DNA from: Candidatus Cloacimonadales bacterium
GTDB taxonomy: Bacteria > Cloacimonadota > Cloacimonadia > Cloacimonadales > DAONDQ01
Direction: 5' to 3'
DNA length: 64,000 bases
Assembly (NCBI GenBank): GCA_963662275.1
Contig: OY759316.1
Coordinates: 1,184,001-1,248,000, forward strand
Position numbers and translations under genes: made by a program. Below the pieces are notes generated by a model. The model had not been told where the DNA came from. It saw only the letters and a program-made list of their open reading frames with translations, and did no database searches. Positions 1-9,605 of this stretch are shown in pieces. The stretch's first letter is position 1, and the number at the start of each line of letters is the position of its first letter.

Positions 1-35
1 ACTTTAGGAGGCTTTATATTTGAGACTCATATTTA

Positions 36-94
36 ATAAGATCGGAATCTTATTCTACAACGTTGATTCAGTAGGATCGGCGTCCTACTCTACA
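36..94. repeat. Two REP-like hairpins (family A, GTAGAGTAGGACGCCGATCCTACTG on the minus strand)
   Basis: AATAAGATCGGAATCTTATT and GATTCAGTAGGATCGGCGTCCTACTCTACA; relatives at 9475-9605, 19424-19499 and 43321-43382 with compensatory stem changes. Confidence 0.8.
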
Positions 95-164
95 TTTACA
101 TTCTCATTGACATATTCTCATACTTAATACCTCTAAGTCCATCATATGATTTTTAGGAGTTATC

Positions 165-1403
165 ATGCGGGAAGTAAGAAAATTAGAAAAGAATCAACTA
201 AAAGATGCACTGAGTATTGCTGCAAAAGCTTATCCCATGATGGGATTAACATCTGAGTTAAAACTACAGGAATTTGAAACAAGAATACTGGAGGATTTCA
301 ACCAGGAATCCGGTACATGGTATGGGCTTTTTGAAGATAGTATCTTACTGGGTTGCATGATATTGTATGACTTTGTAATTAACTATTATGGTCATGAGAT
401 CAAAGCAAAGGGCATTGGGGCAGTGGCTGTGGAATTCCTGCATAAGAAGCAGAAAGTATGCAAGGAACTGCTGCACTGGTATTTGGAATATTCTCTTAAG
501 CAGAAATATCCCCTTGCCATGCTGTATGCTTTCAAACCGGAGTTTTATTATAAAATGGGATTTGGATATGGTACAACCTGCTATAATTATGTTACCAAGC
601 CCAATCTGATACCTAAATCAAATGAAAACTATAAGATGGATTATCTCAATCAATCTGATGTCGATGATATCTTGGCTTTTTATCATGAGATTTATCAAGG
701 CATTCATGGAATGACCCCGAGAAAAGAGAAGAATATTGCTGCTTTATTAAAGACTCCCGGCTTGTATTTTGTCTGCTATCGGGAACAAGAAAAACTGACC
801 GCATTATTGGTTTTTCGCCTGATATCAAATGATTCTACTAACAATGAAACAGATATGGAATTAGACCTGCTATTTACAACTCCAATAGGACTTAAAGCTG
901 CTATGAACTTCCTAAACAGTCAATCTGACCAGGTGAGACAGATATCCATTTCTACTTTATACAAAGATTTCTTCTATAATTTCGCAGATATCCGGCATAT
1001 TGATCATAAGGTATTAAAACAACCAGGCTATCATCATACTTATGATGCCGGCATGGGCATTATGTATAGAAGCTTAAACTCGATAGAATTAATCACAAAA
1101 AGACCAAGTACATTAGATAACATCAAAATCCGATTTATCCTCAATGATTCTTTTGTGGAAGACTGCCCAAAGGATTTCGTCATGGAATGGAAAGCAGGCA
1201 AAGCCAGTTTATCTAAAAGCAAGAAATACGACCTCGAACTCAAGTTTGATGTCTCTGATTTCTCTTCCTGGATTCTGAATGCAATTGATATCACGACTCT
1301 CTATCAATATGGGTTGGTGGAGATATCAGATAAGAAATATATTCCTTTCTTGGAGCAGGCTTTCTATTATCAGCAGAAACCTACCTGCCTGGAAAGATTT
1401 TAG
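165..1403 (+). CDS. Eis-like GNAT acetyltransferase with C-terminal SCP2-like domain
   Basis: 412 aa; GIGAVAV..HKKQKV acetyl-CoA motif, LYAF..FYYKMGFG; length and C-terminal layout as in the Eis family; RBS AGGAG upstream. Confidence 0.8.
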   Translation: MREVRKLEKNQLKDALSIAAKAYPMMGLTSELKLQEFETRILEDFNQESGTWYGLFEDSILLGCMILYDFVINYYGHEIKAKGIGAVAVEFLHKKQKVCKELLHWYLEYSLKQKYPLAMLYAFKPEFYYKMGFGYGTTCYNYVTKPNLIPKSNENYKMDYLNQSDVDDILAFYHEIYQGIHGMTPRKEKNIAALLKTPGLYFVCYREQEKLTALLVFRLISNDSTNNETDMELDLLFTTPIGLKAAMNFLNSQSDQVRQISISTLYKDFFYNFADIRHIDHKVLKQPGYHHTYDAGMGIMYRSLNSIELITKRPSTLDNIKIRFILNDSFVEDCPKDFVMEWKAGKASLSKSKKYDLELKFDVSDFSSWILNAIDITTLYQYGLVEISDKKYIPFLEQAFYYQQKPTCLERF

Positions 1404-1404
1404 T

Positions 1405-1626
1405 CGTAGCACCTACTTCAGGAGGTAAATAATCGTAGCACTTACTTCAGTGGGTAATGTTTTTTGTGGCTACTGCTTCAGCATGTGGGTAATGTTCTTT
1501 AAGTCATTGTCGGCTCATTACAAAACAAGATAAATCATGTTGCCAAGTTACCTGAAGGAAACAACCACCAGATACTAAAACATCCTGAAATATGCGCTAC
1601 GTTACATCCTGAAGTAAGTAATACAC
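1405..1626. repeat. GTAG-type REP-like cluster (family D, CGTAGCACCTACTTCAGGAGGT) between convergent genes
   Basis: Direct copies at 1405 and 1434, inverted copies at 1581-1604 and 1605-1626; a related copy at 9450-9473. Confidence 0.65.
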
Positions 1627-1670
1627 CTCACTGGTGCCTGATACCTGGGTTGTGTAGCAATAGTACATAT

Positions 1671-2474
1671 TTACTCAATTTCTGCAGTTCTCAAAATACG
1701 GACAAGTTCCGACATCCCCTCCTTAAAATGACCAGAACTGAGATCAAACCATTGCAACTTACTCAAAACATGCTCTTCATGATTTGGTAGCAACTCCATA
1801 ATCTCGTTAAGATCAACTAGCGATACTAGCAAAATACTCTGTCGTTGTGATTTTTGTATCGTTCCAATTGAGTCGACTATTTCCTTAAGACAAAATGGGT
1901 TTTCAAAAAATGCTCTGTTGATCAGTAATAAAACGTAGCCATTTTGGATGAAATATTCTAAAGTCATTGCAATTGAGTTAATCCAATCAGATTTTGTATG
2001 ATTATCGTGATTGTAATAGATACTAAAACCTTCATGAGAGAGGTAATCAATTATTTGATGGGCTATTTCGATATCTTGATTTGAGTAGGATAGAAATATG
2101 GTTGCACGTTTTGATAAGCGAGTGAGTTTGTATTGTTCGAACTGAAGACCTCTTTCTAGATTAATTGTTTCAACAACCTTTCCTTCCTTTTCCATCGACT
2201 TTACTAAGTTCATTTCTCTCATAACAGACTTAGAACTCTGAGCATCTGGACTATCACAGATTAAAAACCATTCACGAGCTCTGATTTCACGTTCAATAAG
2301 TTTCCAAAGCAATTCATCATCTGATTCTGTATCCTCCATGCATTTGAGGTAGAATAATACAGGGTTGTGACCTAAACTTTCAAGTTCGTTTCTTATCTCA
2401 CGAACCTTCTCAATATCCTTATTTGAATGAGAAACGAATATCCAAGCTCCTGAACCATTGTTTGGTGTATTCAT
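1671..2474 (-). CDS. Tandem TIR-TIR domain protein
   Basis: Two TIR-like units: IFVSHSNKD...SKSVMRE and IFLSYSNQD...NPFCLKE, each with Glu at the catalytic position; RBS GGAG. Confidence 0.8.
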   Translation of the reverse strand: MNTPNNGSGAWIFVSHSNKDIEKVREIRNELESLGHNPVLFYLKCMEDTESDDELLWKLIEREIRAREWFLICDSPDAQSSKSVMREMNLVKSMEKEGKVVETINLERGLQFEQYKLTRLSKRATIFLSYSNQDIEIAHQIIDYLSHEGFSIYYNHDNHTKSDWINSIAMTLEYFIQNGYVLLLINRAFFENPFCLKEIVDSIGTIQKSQRQSILLVSLVDLNEIMELLPNHEEHVLSKLQWFDLSSGHFKEGMSELVRILRTAEIE

Positions 2475-2520
2475 TTCAAATCTCCAATATCTTCACTAAA
2501 ACATATCCTGCCTAACTATC

Positions 2521-2775
2521 TTACAAAAAAAAAGGACGGCATTTGTTGATTTCATCCAGGCATAGCTTCAGTGTTTCTTTGCGAGTATTCTGTTCTTCAT
2601 TAATCCCCCAGCGCAAATCTACTTCAGTCAATTCCACATGTCGTTCTCTGCAGAAGCTACGCAGTTCCGGCCAACAGTGGCTCATGAGTTCATTACGCTC
2701 TTCCATCATATCACGGAAGGTGGAAGAGACAAAGATACGGATACTACGGTTATCGGATTTCAGGTTATCTGGCAT
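2521..2775 (-). CDS. Short or truncated DUF4062 (TIR-like) protein, 84 aa, possibly a gene remnant
   Basis: IRIFVSSTFRDMMEER...VDLRWG...LCLDEINKCRPFF then stop right after a T9 run; strong RBS AAGGAGG before ATG 2775. Confidence 0.7.
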   Translation of the reverse strand: MPDNLKSDNRSIRIFVSSTFRDMMEERNELMSHCWPELRSFCRERHVELTEVDLRWGINEEQNTRKETLKLCLDEINKCRPFFL

Positions 2776-2799
2776 ATTGCCCTCCTTCAATGAATCGTA

Positions 2800-5556
2800 T
2801 TATTTCGGCTGAACAATCACAGTAACCTGCTCGGGGTTTTCCTTTATTTCAACTTGGAGTTTTGCCTTATCCTCTGTCGGTTTCTTAGATGTTGTAAGAT
2901 TAACCTCTTTTACCTTCTCTACTGTATAACCAGCTTCTGAAAGGAATTTAGGGATATTTTTCACTATTATTCTATCTTTATCCTTTTCTTCCTTAGAAAG
3001 TTCCGTTCTTCCCATCCTGGCAGCAATCCAAGGTTCAATGCCAGCCCATTCCTCCTCACTCATCACCCGCCAGGGAAGGAGGCAATTGTGATATAGTTTT
3101 TCCTCGTCTCTTACTTTGTTATATACCCAACCTCGACTGAGTTTGGATAAGCACCAGCGCCAGTGTTCCTTTTCTGCAAGAAACTCGATTTCTTCTTTGC
3201 TAAGACTAATGGATTTCTGATTAGCACGGGCTGGATAGAGAATGTAGCCAATTGATCGCAATTTCTCCACAATATCCTTCACATTTTGACGATTCTCTAT
3301 CTTGAAATCTTCTTTTAAACCTTCATAATCTTCGTTTGCCTTCGCTGAATTCACATTTGCACGATATACCGTGTGAACGCTTGCAGCAAGCTTTTCGAGC
3401 AATTCGTCCTTCAGCACCGGAGCTTGCACCAAAGCCAGGAACTCACGTCCATTCACATGGATATTCAATTGTTCTTCAGGAGGGAGGCAAGAACGCTCAT
3501 AATAGCCTTTTCCGTTTAATAAGCTGGAAGAAATGATAGACTCAATAGAACGTACCCCATGTTTATATTCGGAAATACAGAGAAAAGCATGAAGAACACC
3601 TGGATCGATCTTGACCTTATCAGTCTTTCCTTCCCGTTGAACGATCTTGGGTGCATGCCTGGTCAGTAATTCGCGAAGCAATATAGCTCTTCTAATGATA
3701 TAGTGAGAATCAGGAATGCCGTTCGTTGATAGAGGATTTGGACCAATAATATTGAGAAAGCCATGCAGACGACTTACGAAGTCAGGTCCTTTGACATTAC
3801 GGAATTCAGTGTTTGCTCTGCCTTTATCGAACTCAGTGATAGAACTTGCAGTACCACCTGCAAATACAAAGACAGCTTTACCGATATGATGAGTGACCTG
3901 TCCATCCTGGAATTCGCCATCCTGCATTGGGGAAAGAAAATAGCGAAGCCATTCTTTATCACCTGTGTCAAACTCATCCCAGAATACAAGAGGAATCTTT
4001 CCTGCCAATCCTATATCACGTACCTGGTGAAGTGCGCCTACCAATTCAGAAGAATCTCCAAACTGGGAGATATTAAAGGTGATATCGACTATTTTATCTT
4101 TCGCTATGGCACGTGCCACTTGTTTCACACCGAAAGATTTACCAGCACCAGGAGGTCCAAAGACAGCTAAACACAGGGGGCGATGTTTCGGTTCGCTGAC
4201 ATATTGCTTTATCAGGGCACTGATGCTTTGATATCCCTCGATTTCTCGACGATCTGCTGTTACAAAATCATTGAATATTCCTAAAGGTACATTCTTAAGT
4301 GCTGACTTGTATCCATCTGTCACAATCTGTTCAGCAATGGTTTCAAGACTGGGTTTGTCTTCGTCACCCAATACACCAGGCTGATCATACATCTCATCGA
4401 GAATTGTCCAGGTTCCGCTCCGATAACCAATTGGCAGGTGTAGAGGATCGAGATTCCTGACAGGATTCTGTACTTTAACTACAGATAAGTTCTCTTCGTT
4501 ATCTATCTGGGATGCTATCAAGTCTAATGGAAATACAGGTGGAGTGAGCTTGTCATTGCTTTTCTGCGGACCAAATCCTTCTTTTTGCAGATTTCTCATG
4601 GCATTCACACCACAACAGATCGCTGCGTTTAAGTCCGGAGCAGAGGATTTCATAAGCTCATTAACAACAGAAGCAGTTAAACAAACAGTATAACCTATCA
4701 TCATACCTGGATAGGGTTTTGCCCAAGTACCTTCATAATAATTTGGATCAAAGAATAACAGGCAATCCCAATCTTCAGGCTTGTTCTTCTTCAAAAGCAA
4801 GGCACCTTCCGGTCCGATGGAAACAATGACATAAGCACATTCAGACAAGCTGCTTACACATGGATTGTGGGTTAGTTCCCAAAACAAATCCTGAGCCATT
4901 CTCTCCCAGGAAAGTTCTCTGCTCACGTGGATGGAAGTACGGCGTAAATCTGTGAGTGTGAGTACCGCGATGGTTCGATCAGCATGATGTTTAACGATAT
5001 GATGCCATATTTTACCTTCTTTCATTTCCGCAACAGGACTGGCAGATTTGACAATAATCCAGCTTGGCTTTTTACCTTTTTGAATGGCTTTGGGCCATAA
5101 CTCCTGGTGATCTCTAAATCCTAAACCTGCATCATCAATAATGACAATATCTGCGGTTTCCGGGTTTTCGACAGGGGCAGTTATCTCACATGTATCTGGC
5201 GTATCACCGCCACAGAAACTGTCTAATCCAATGAATTCTGCAACTCTCCATACGAGATTATCCTTGTCTTTATCAGTCTTGTCTGAAGGTTCCCAAATGG
5301 CATAGGAATGATGGACTCTATGGTCATTGGGTAGCAGCGGTGTTGAAGGAAGTTCACTCTTTATTAAATGTATATCCATTCCCTTACTGGATTTGATTTC
5401 CTCAATCAAATCACTCAGCATGGCTGCACCACCAGATTGTAAACATGCCCGTGAAGTATCCACAGCATTCCATGCCTGACCACCGGTCTTTCCCTTCTTA
5501 ATCCGTGCAATGTTCCAATCTGCTGTGACATCACCCGTTATGATAATGTGTTTCAT
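2800..5556 (-). CDS. PfkB/ribokinase-like N-terminal domain + AAA+ ATPase + tandem RyR repeats
   Basis: IITGDVTADW, GGAA, IVIIDD, VSIGPEGALL (PfkB-like, GAGD absent); Walker A GPPGAGKS, Walker B VFWDEFD; RyR motif LAEKEHWRW..GWVY..RDEEKLYHNCLLPW..LSKEEKDKDR. Confidence 0.75.
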   Translation of the reverse strand: MKHIIITGDVTADWNIARIKKGKTGGQAWNAVDTSRACLQSGGAAMLSDLIEEIKSSKGMDIHLIKSELPSTPLLPNDHRVHHSYAIWEPSDKTDKDKDNLVWRVAEFIGLDSFCGGDTPDTCEITAPVENPETADIVIIDDAGLGFRDHQELWPKAIQKGKKPSWIIVKSASPVAEMKEGKIWHHIVKHHADRTIAVLTLTDLRRTSIHVSRELSWERMAQDLFWELTHNPCVSSLSECAYVIVSIGPEGALLLKKNKPEDWDCLLFFDPNYYEGTWAKPYPGMMIGYTVCLTASVVNELMKSSAPDLNAAICCGVNAMRNLQKEGFGPQKSNDKLTPPVFPLDLIASQIDNEENLSVVKVQNPVRNLDPLHLPIGYRSGTWTILDEMYDQPGVLGDEDKPSLETIAEQIVTDGYKSALKNVPLGIFNDFVTADRREIEGYQSISALIKQYVSEPKHRPLCLAVFGPPGAGKSFGVKQVARAIAKDKIVDITFNISQFGDSSELVGALHQVRDIGLAGKIPLVFWDEFDTGDKEWLRYFLSPMQDGEFQDGQVTHHIGKAVFVFAGGTASSITEFDKGRANTEFRNVKGPDFVSRLHGFLNIIGPNPLSTNGIPDSHYIIRRAILLRELLTRHAPKIVQREGKTDKVKIDPGVLHAFLCISEYKHGVRSIESIISSSLLNGKGYYERSCLPPEEQLNIHVNGREFLALVQAPVLKDELLEKLAASVHTVYRANVNSAKANEDYEGLKEDFKIENRQNVKDIVEKLRSIGYILYPARANQKSISLSKEEIEFLAEKEHWRWCLSKLSRGWVYNKVRDEEKLYHNCLLPWRVMSEEEWAGIEPWIAARMGRTELSKEEKDKDRIIVKNIPKFLSEAGYTVEKVKEVNLTTSKKPTEDKAKLQVEIKENPEQVTVIVQPK

Positions 5557-8500
5557 AATTGCTCCTTATAGCTATATCCATTAGAGTTAAGCAACTCGAT
5601 TATCTTTCTATATTCCTGAATATCTTTAGGAGAGAAAGACATCTCCATCTTTTTCATATCATGAATAATACCCGCTACTTTCAGATAATCATCTAGATAA
5701 TCGTTCATATTATGTTTTCTCTTAAACTGAGCGATTTTATAAAGATAAATCCATAAATCCCTTTGCCATTCTGCATTAGAAGAGTCTCTTTTAACCAATT
5801 TTTCAATAATTCTAAGAGCTGCTTTTTTATGATTCAATGCATATGAGACTTTATTCTGGCTCTCATAGATTTCGCTTGTTATTTCATAAAAAACAGATAA
5901 ATCCCTCTGATATTCTGTATTTCTTTTGCTAAATATAATTAGCTTTTTGATAATTTTCTTTGCAATTTTTAATTCAGATAAAGAATCAGTTAAGTTCCCC
6001 TTTTCAAGGAATATTTCGCCCAACCTTCCATGAATGAGTGCTAAATCATAAAGAGAATTGGGATTATCAGGAAAAGATGTAACCAAATTATCCCTAATTT
6101 TCATACATTCATGATATATTTCAAGAGCTTCTGATAGACTACTTCTGCCTAGTTCTTGGTGGATTCCGCCTATTTTCATATATAATACAGATAAACCTCG
6201 TTGCCAATCTGCATTCTTTATATCATACTTGAGAAGATTTTCATAGATCTTAATACCTGCTTGGTATTTGTTTTGCGCTTGACGGAGTTTTCCTTCTGCT
6301 CTTAGGACATCTCCCAATTTCTCGTAACTAATACATAGTCGCTTCTGCCAGGTAGTATTATCTGGTTCAGAATCCGTTAATCTAATCATTATTTTCAAAC
6401 TAAGCTCATAATCCTCATGTGCTCTGGCATGTTTACCCTGTTGAAGATAGATTTCACCTATATTTTGGAGCCAGTCAGATAGGTCACATTGCACTACTAA
6501 GTTATCAGGTTCAATTTCTGTAATATCCCGAATTATTTCTATAAACTCTTGGTATTCAGTCAGTGCAGCAGGTAAATTACCTTCTTTCCTAAATACTATT
6601 CCAACAAATTGATGGCTGATTGCTAAATTCTTCTTATATTCTATATTTTTAGGATCTAAATCAAATAATGTTTTTGCTATCGATAATCCTTCCTGAAATT
6701 CTTGTAAGGATTTTTGTAATTTTTCTTGTCTTAAAAAACATTTGCCAACTCTATTAAAGCTGATACATAGATCGGATTTGTACTGTAGACTATCGGATTC
6801 AGATTTTGCTAATTGCTTAGCAATCATGAGACCCTTCTGATGTTCTTTTAGAGCGTCTTTTAGGTTATTTTGATATTCATAAATATCCCCTATGTTTTGA
6901 TAGCTTACTGATAACTCGAAAAGGAATTTGTTTTCATTCGGATTAGATGCTACAAGTTCACTTCTTAATTTCTCACTCTCCTTACAATCATTTAGAGCTT
7001 TATTAGTATATCCCAAAGCCCAGTGTATTTTCCCAAGACGATCATAAACAACTGCTGAAAATCTTTGCCTCTTAGTACTATCTTGAGCTTTCTTCATTTG
7101 TATTAATTCTCTGAGGACACTTTCAAGTATTACTTCTCGTATTTTGAATCTGCCAGTATGATTTAGAACATCATCAAGGTCTTGCAGGAATAATTTGTAC
7201 AAATTATAATACATATCCTCCGATTTAAGCTTTTGATCTAATAATTCACAAACCCAGTACAAAGATAGATTATCTGAACAAGTTTCACCAGATAGCAAGT
7301 AATCCAGAAGTGTTTTAAGGGAAGCATCATTGCTTTGTTCGGGTTGGGATCCACTTAAGTATTCTGCAGCTCTTTTCTTATCATCTGCTGCAATTAAATG
7401 CCACATAGTCTCGCTGACATGAATAGGATCGTCGCTTTTCAGCCTTAAAAGGTGGTCGCAAATCAAAGAATGCAGAGCTTTATTCATTTCAGTATCTGAT
7501 TGAATAAGATTCAAGACTTTCTGGATATGATATACAGCAGCTTCCTGCATCTGCTGATGCATAAATTTCCATCTTCCACTACTTCCGCTTTGGATTAATT
7601 GTCCTCGCAAACCACGTCGAATTACTGCAAACTTCAATGGATCCCAAACGATAGACAGAGAATCTGAAAAAAGCACTTTAGCTGCATTTGGAAGCATGGT
7701 TTCAAAATCCATCTCCCGCCAACCTTGACGACTGACAGCAACCAAAGATACAATAGATGCAACCCATTCTGTTCCATAAGTCTTTTCTAAGCGAGTTAGT
7801 ATCCATTCATATAATGCGGATACATCTCCTGGCACATTATTCGCAAGATGTTCAGAAGGATCATAACCAGCTTTGTTAGCCAATGAATAATCATCTTCGT
7901 CCAATAAATTCAATTGCTCTAAGGCAAGGCTCAACCAAAGAGGATTCATAAAAGCTTTTTCTTCTTTAAAATCAAGCTTTGTTAGAATAATAGATTTTGC
8001 TCCAAAACTTACTTTACGGTGATAACGTTCATATATAGCAGTGATAATTTCTACAGCATTTTTTTCTGTAAGACCTTCAAGTTCAAATTCTAAAACTCCT
8101 GCCCATTGAGCTAAGCCATCTGCCGCTTCTCCTTCTATTGCAGTTGCGATGATCCTTGCATTCAGAGGCCAGGGACGTTTCAGCCAGGTCATGTGCAAAC
8201 CACGGGTAGTAGGATTAAACTGATTCAAGGCATCGATTAGTACCACCACACGCTTTTTCACAGAAGAACGACTCAGTAACGATGCGAAAGTATTATCTAA
8301 ATCTTCTTCTGTATATTTCTCAGATAGTGGATTGGTAATTTCCAAGAATGATGAAAGCTCTGTTATCCACCTGAGGAGCATGGAATCTACATCACCGGAC
8401 TGCGGAGTGATCCCTGCTGCATGGGATAAGTGAAGGATACTTTCATCTTGTTCAAATTCACGATACAGCTTAGCAAAGAGAGCGCTTTTTCCTGTCCCCG

Positions 8501-9401
8501 GTCCGGCAGTGATACATGCTCCCCAATCTGCTCCTTCCTTTGCTTCAGAGTATGCAAAAGTGCGGAGTTCGGAGAGAATATCTTCACGTCCTACAAAGTT
8601 CCTGCTGCGATCTTGAACGAAGTCTTCAATTGCCTGTCTTTCTTCTTCTTCCCAGGATTTGGGGACTTTCTGTTCAATATCTTTGGTCTCTTCATCCAGA
8701 ATCTTCCAGATCTCTCCTTGTACCCAAACACCCCAATCTTTCAGACTTGTTTCTGTGATATGCTCAGTTTGCTCATCCCATTCCAAAGTATATGGTCGTA
8801 CCTGCTTACAAAGCACAGGGTCATCCATAATCTTCTGTTTGAGAGCTTTAAGGTTTTTTGCTTTCTCACTTGCATTCACTTCTTTTGAATACTCTTCACT
8901 GTAGTCTTCTGCCTTTTCCTTAGGCATTCTAGCATAGGGGAGAGGTTTACGAAAGAGGAAAAGGGAATTGGTACGCAGCCATGGATCTTTTTTAATCAGA
9001 CCATACTCAATTTCGAGAGCCGTGACACTTTTCCCTTCTACTTCAAACTGAAAGCCTTTTTCATTTGCTGCAGCTTCCAACCGCTGTTTGGGAGGTGTCC
9101 AGCCATAGCGGTCACCGAGAAGCACTATTAATAGCGGACGGCTTTTATCTATTTCATCCAGGCATACTTTCAAGGTTAGAAGCTCACGTGCTTCAATATC
9201 TATTTCATTCGCAACTTCCACACCTTGTCTGAGGTCGATGGGCTCGAGTAAGACATGCCGTGCCCTCAAGCGTTCTGCCAGTTCAGGGAAGACAACCTTG
9301 TTGAGATGATCTCTTTCTGCCTGCATATCTTTGAATGTGGAGCTTAAGAAAACAGGACGGGATACCCAGGAAGTAAACGTGGAAGCTTCTTTCTCACTCA
9401 T
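5553..9401 (-). CDS. NLR-like STAND protein: DUF4062 + NACHT/AAA ATPase + TPR repeats
   Basis: VFLSSTFKDMQAER..LLGDRYGW..SVTALEIEYG (DUF4062); FVGRE, GPGTGKS, VLIDALNQ, NPLWL; about 9 TPR-like repeats of the type WQRxLSVxYxKIG; ATGA overlap with the next gene. Confidence 0.85.
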   Translation of the reverse strand: MSEKEASTFTSWVSRPVFLSSTFKDMQAERDHLNKVVFPELAERLRARHVLLEPIDLRQGVEVANEIDIEARELLTLKVCLDEIDKSRPLLIVLLGDRYGWTPPKQRLEAAANEKGFQFEVEGKSVTALEIEYGLIKKDPWLRTNSLFLFRKPLPYARMPKEKAEDYSEEYSKEVNASEKAKNLKALKQKIMDDPVLCKQVRPYTLEWDEQTEHITETSLKDWGVWVQGEIWKILDEETKDIEQKVPKSWEEEERQAIEDFVQDRSRNFVGREDILSELRTFAYSEAKEGADWGACITAGPGTGKSALFAKLYREFEQDESILHLSHAAGITPQSGDVDSMLLRWITELSSFLEITNPLSEKYTEEDLDNTFASLLSRSSVKKRVVVLIDALNQFNPTTRGLHMTWLKRPWPLNARIIATAIEGEAADGLAQWAGVLEFELEGLTEKNAVEIITAIYERYHRKVSFGAKSIILTKLDFKEEKAFMNPLWLSLALEQLNLLDEDDYSLANKAGYDPSEHLANNVPGDVSALYEWILTRLEKTYGTEWVASIVSLVAVSRQGWREMDFETMLPNAAKVLFSDSLSIVWDPLKFAVIRRGLRGQLIQSGSSGRWKFMHQQMQEAAVYHIQKVLNLIQSDTEMNKALHSLICDHLLRLKSDDPIHVSETMWHLIAADDKKRAAEYLSGSQPEQSNDASLKTLLDYLLSGETCSDNLSLYWVCELLDQKLKSEDMYYNLYKLFLQDLDDVLNHTGRFKIREVILESVLRELIQMKKAQDSTKRQRFSAVVYDRLGKIHWALGYTNKALNDCKESEKLRSELVASNPNENKFLFELSVSYQNIGDIYEYQNNLKDALKEHQKGLMIAKQLAKSESDSLQYKSDLCISFNRVGKCFLRQEKLQKSLQEFQEGLSIAKTLFDLDPKNIEYKKNLAISHQFVGIVFRKEGNLPAALTEYQEFIEIIRDITEIEPDNLVVQCDLSDWLQNIGEIYLQQGKHARAHEDYELSLKIMIRLTDSEPDNTTWQKRLCISYEKLGDVLRAEGKLRQAQNKYQAGIKIYENLLKYDIKNADWQRGLSVLYMKIGGIHQELGRSSLSEALEIYHECMKIRDNLVTSFPDNPNSLYDLALIHGRLGEIFLEKGNLTDSLSELKIAKKIIKKLIIFSKRNTEYQRDLSVFYEITSEIYESQNKVSYALNHKKAALRIIEKLVKRDSSNAEWQRDLWIYLYKIAQFKRKHNMNDYLDDYLKVAGIIHDMKKMEMSFSPKDIQEYRKIIELLNSNGYSYKEQL

Positions 9402-9474
9402 AACAGCTCCTTTTAAATCTAATACACAGGTGGATAATTAATATAAAAGTAACGTAGCGCATACTTTAGGATTG

Positions 9475-9605
9475 GATTCAGTAAGATCGGAATCTTACTC
9501 CACGACTTCTGAATGAATATTTATTGATTCAGTAAGATCGGAATCTTACTCCACGACTTCTGAATGAATATTTATTGATTCAGTAAGATCGGAATCTTAC
9601 TCCAC
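9475..9605. repeat. 51-bp tandem repeat (2.6 copies) containing a family A REP hairpin
   Basis: GATTCAGTAAGATCGGAATCTTACTCCACGACTTCTGAATGAATATTTATT starting at 9475, 9526 and 9577; hairpin AGTAAGAT-cgga-ATCTTACT. Confidence 0.95.

Noticed and set aside
2475..2540. Programmed frameshift fusing mini-DUF4062 to TIR-TIR at the T9 tract
   Set aside because: Both alternative frames hit stop codons before the TIR start
9475..9605. CRISPR-like array of palindromic ~30-bp repeats
   Set aside because: The intervening sequences are identical and only about 20 bp, no cas genes are present, and the hairpin belongs to a dispersed REP family
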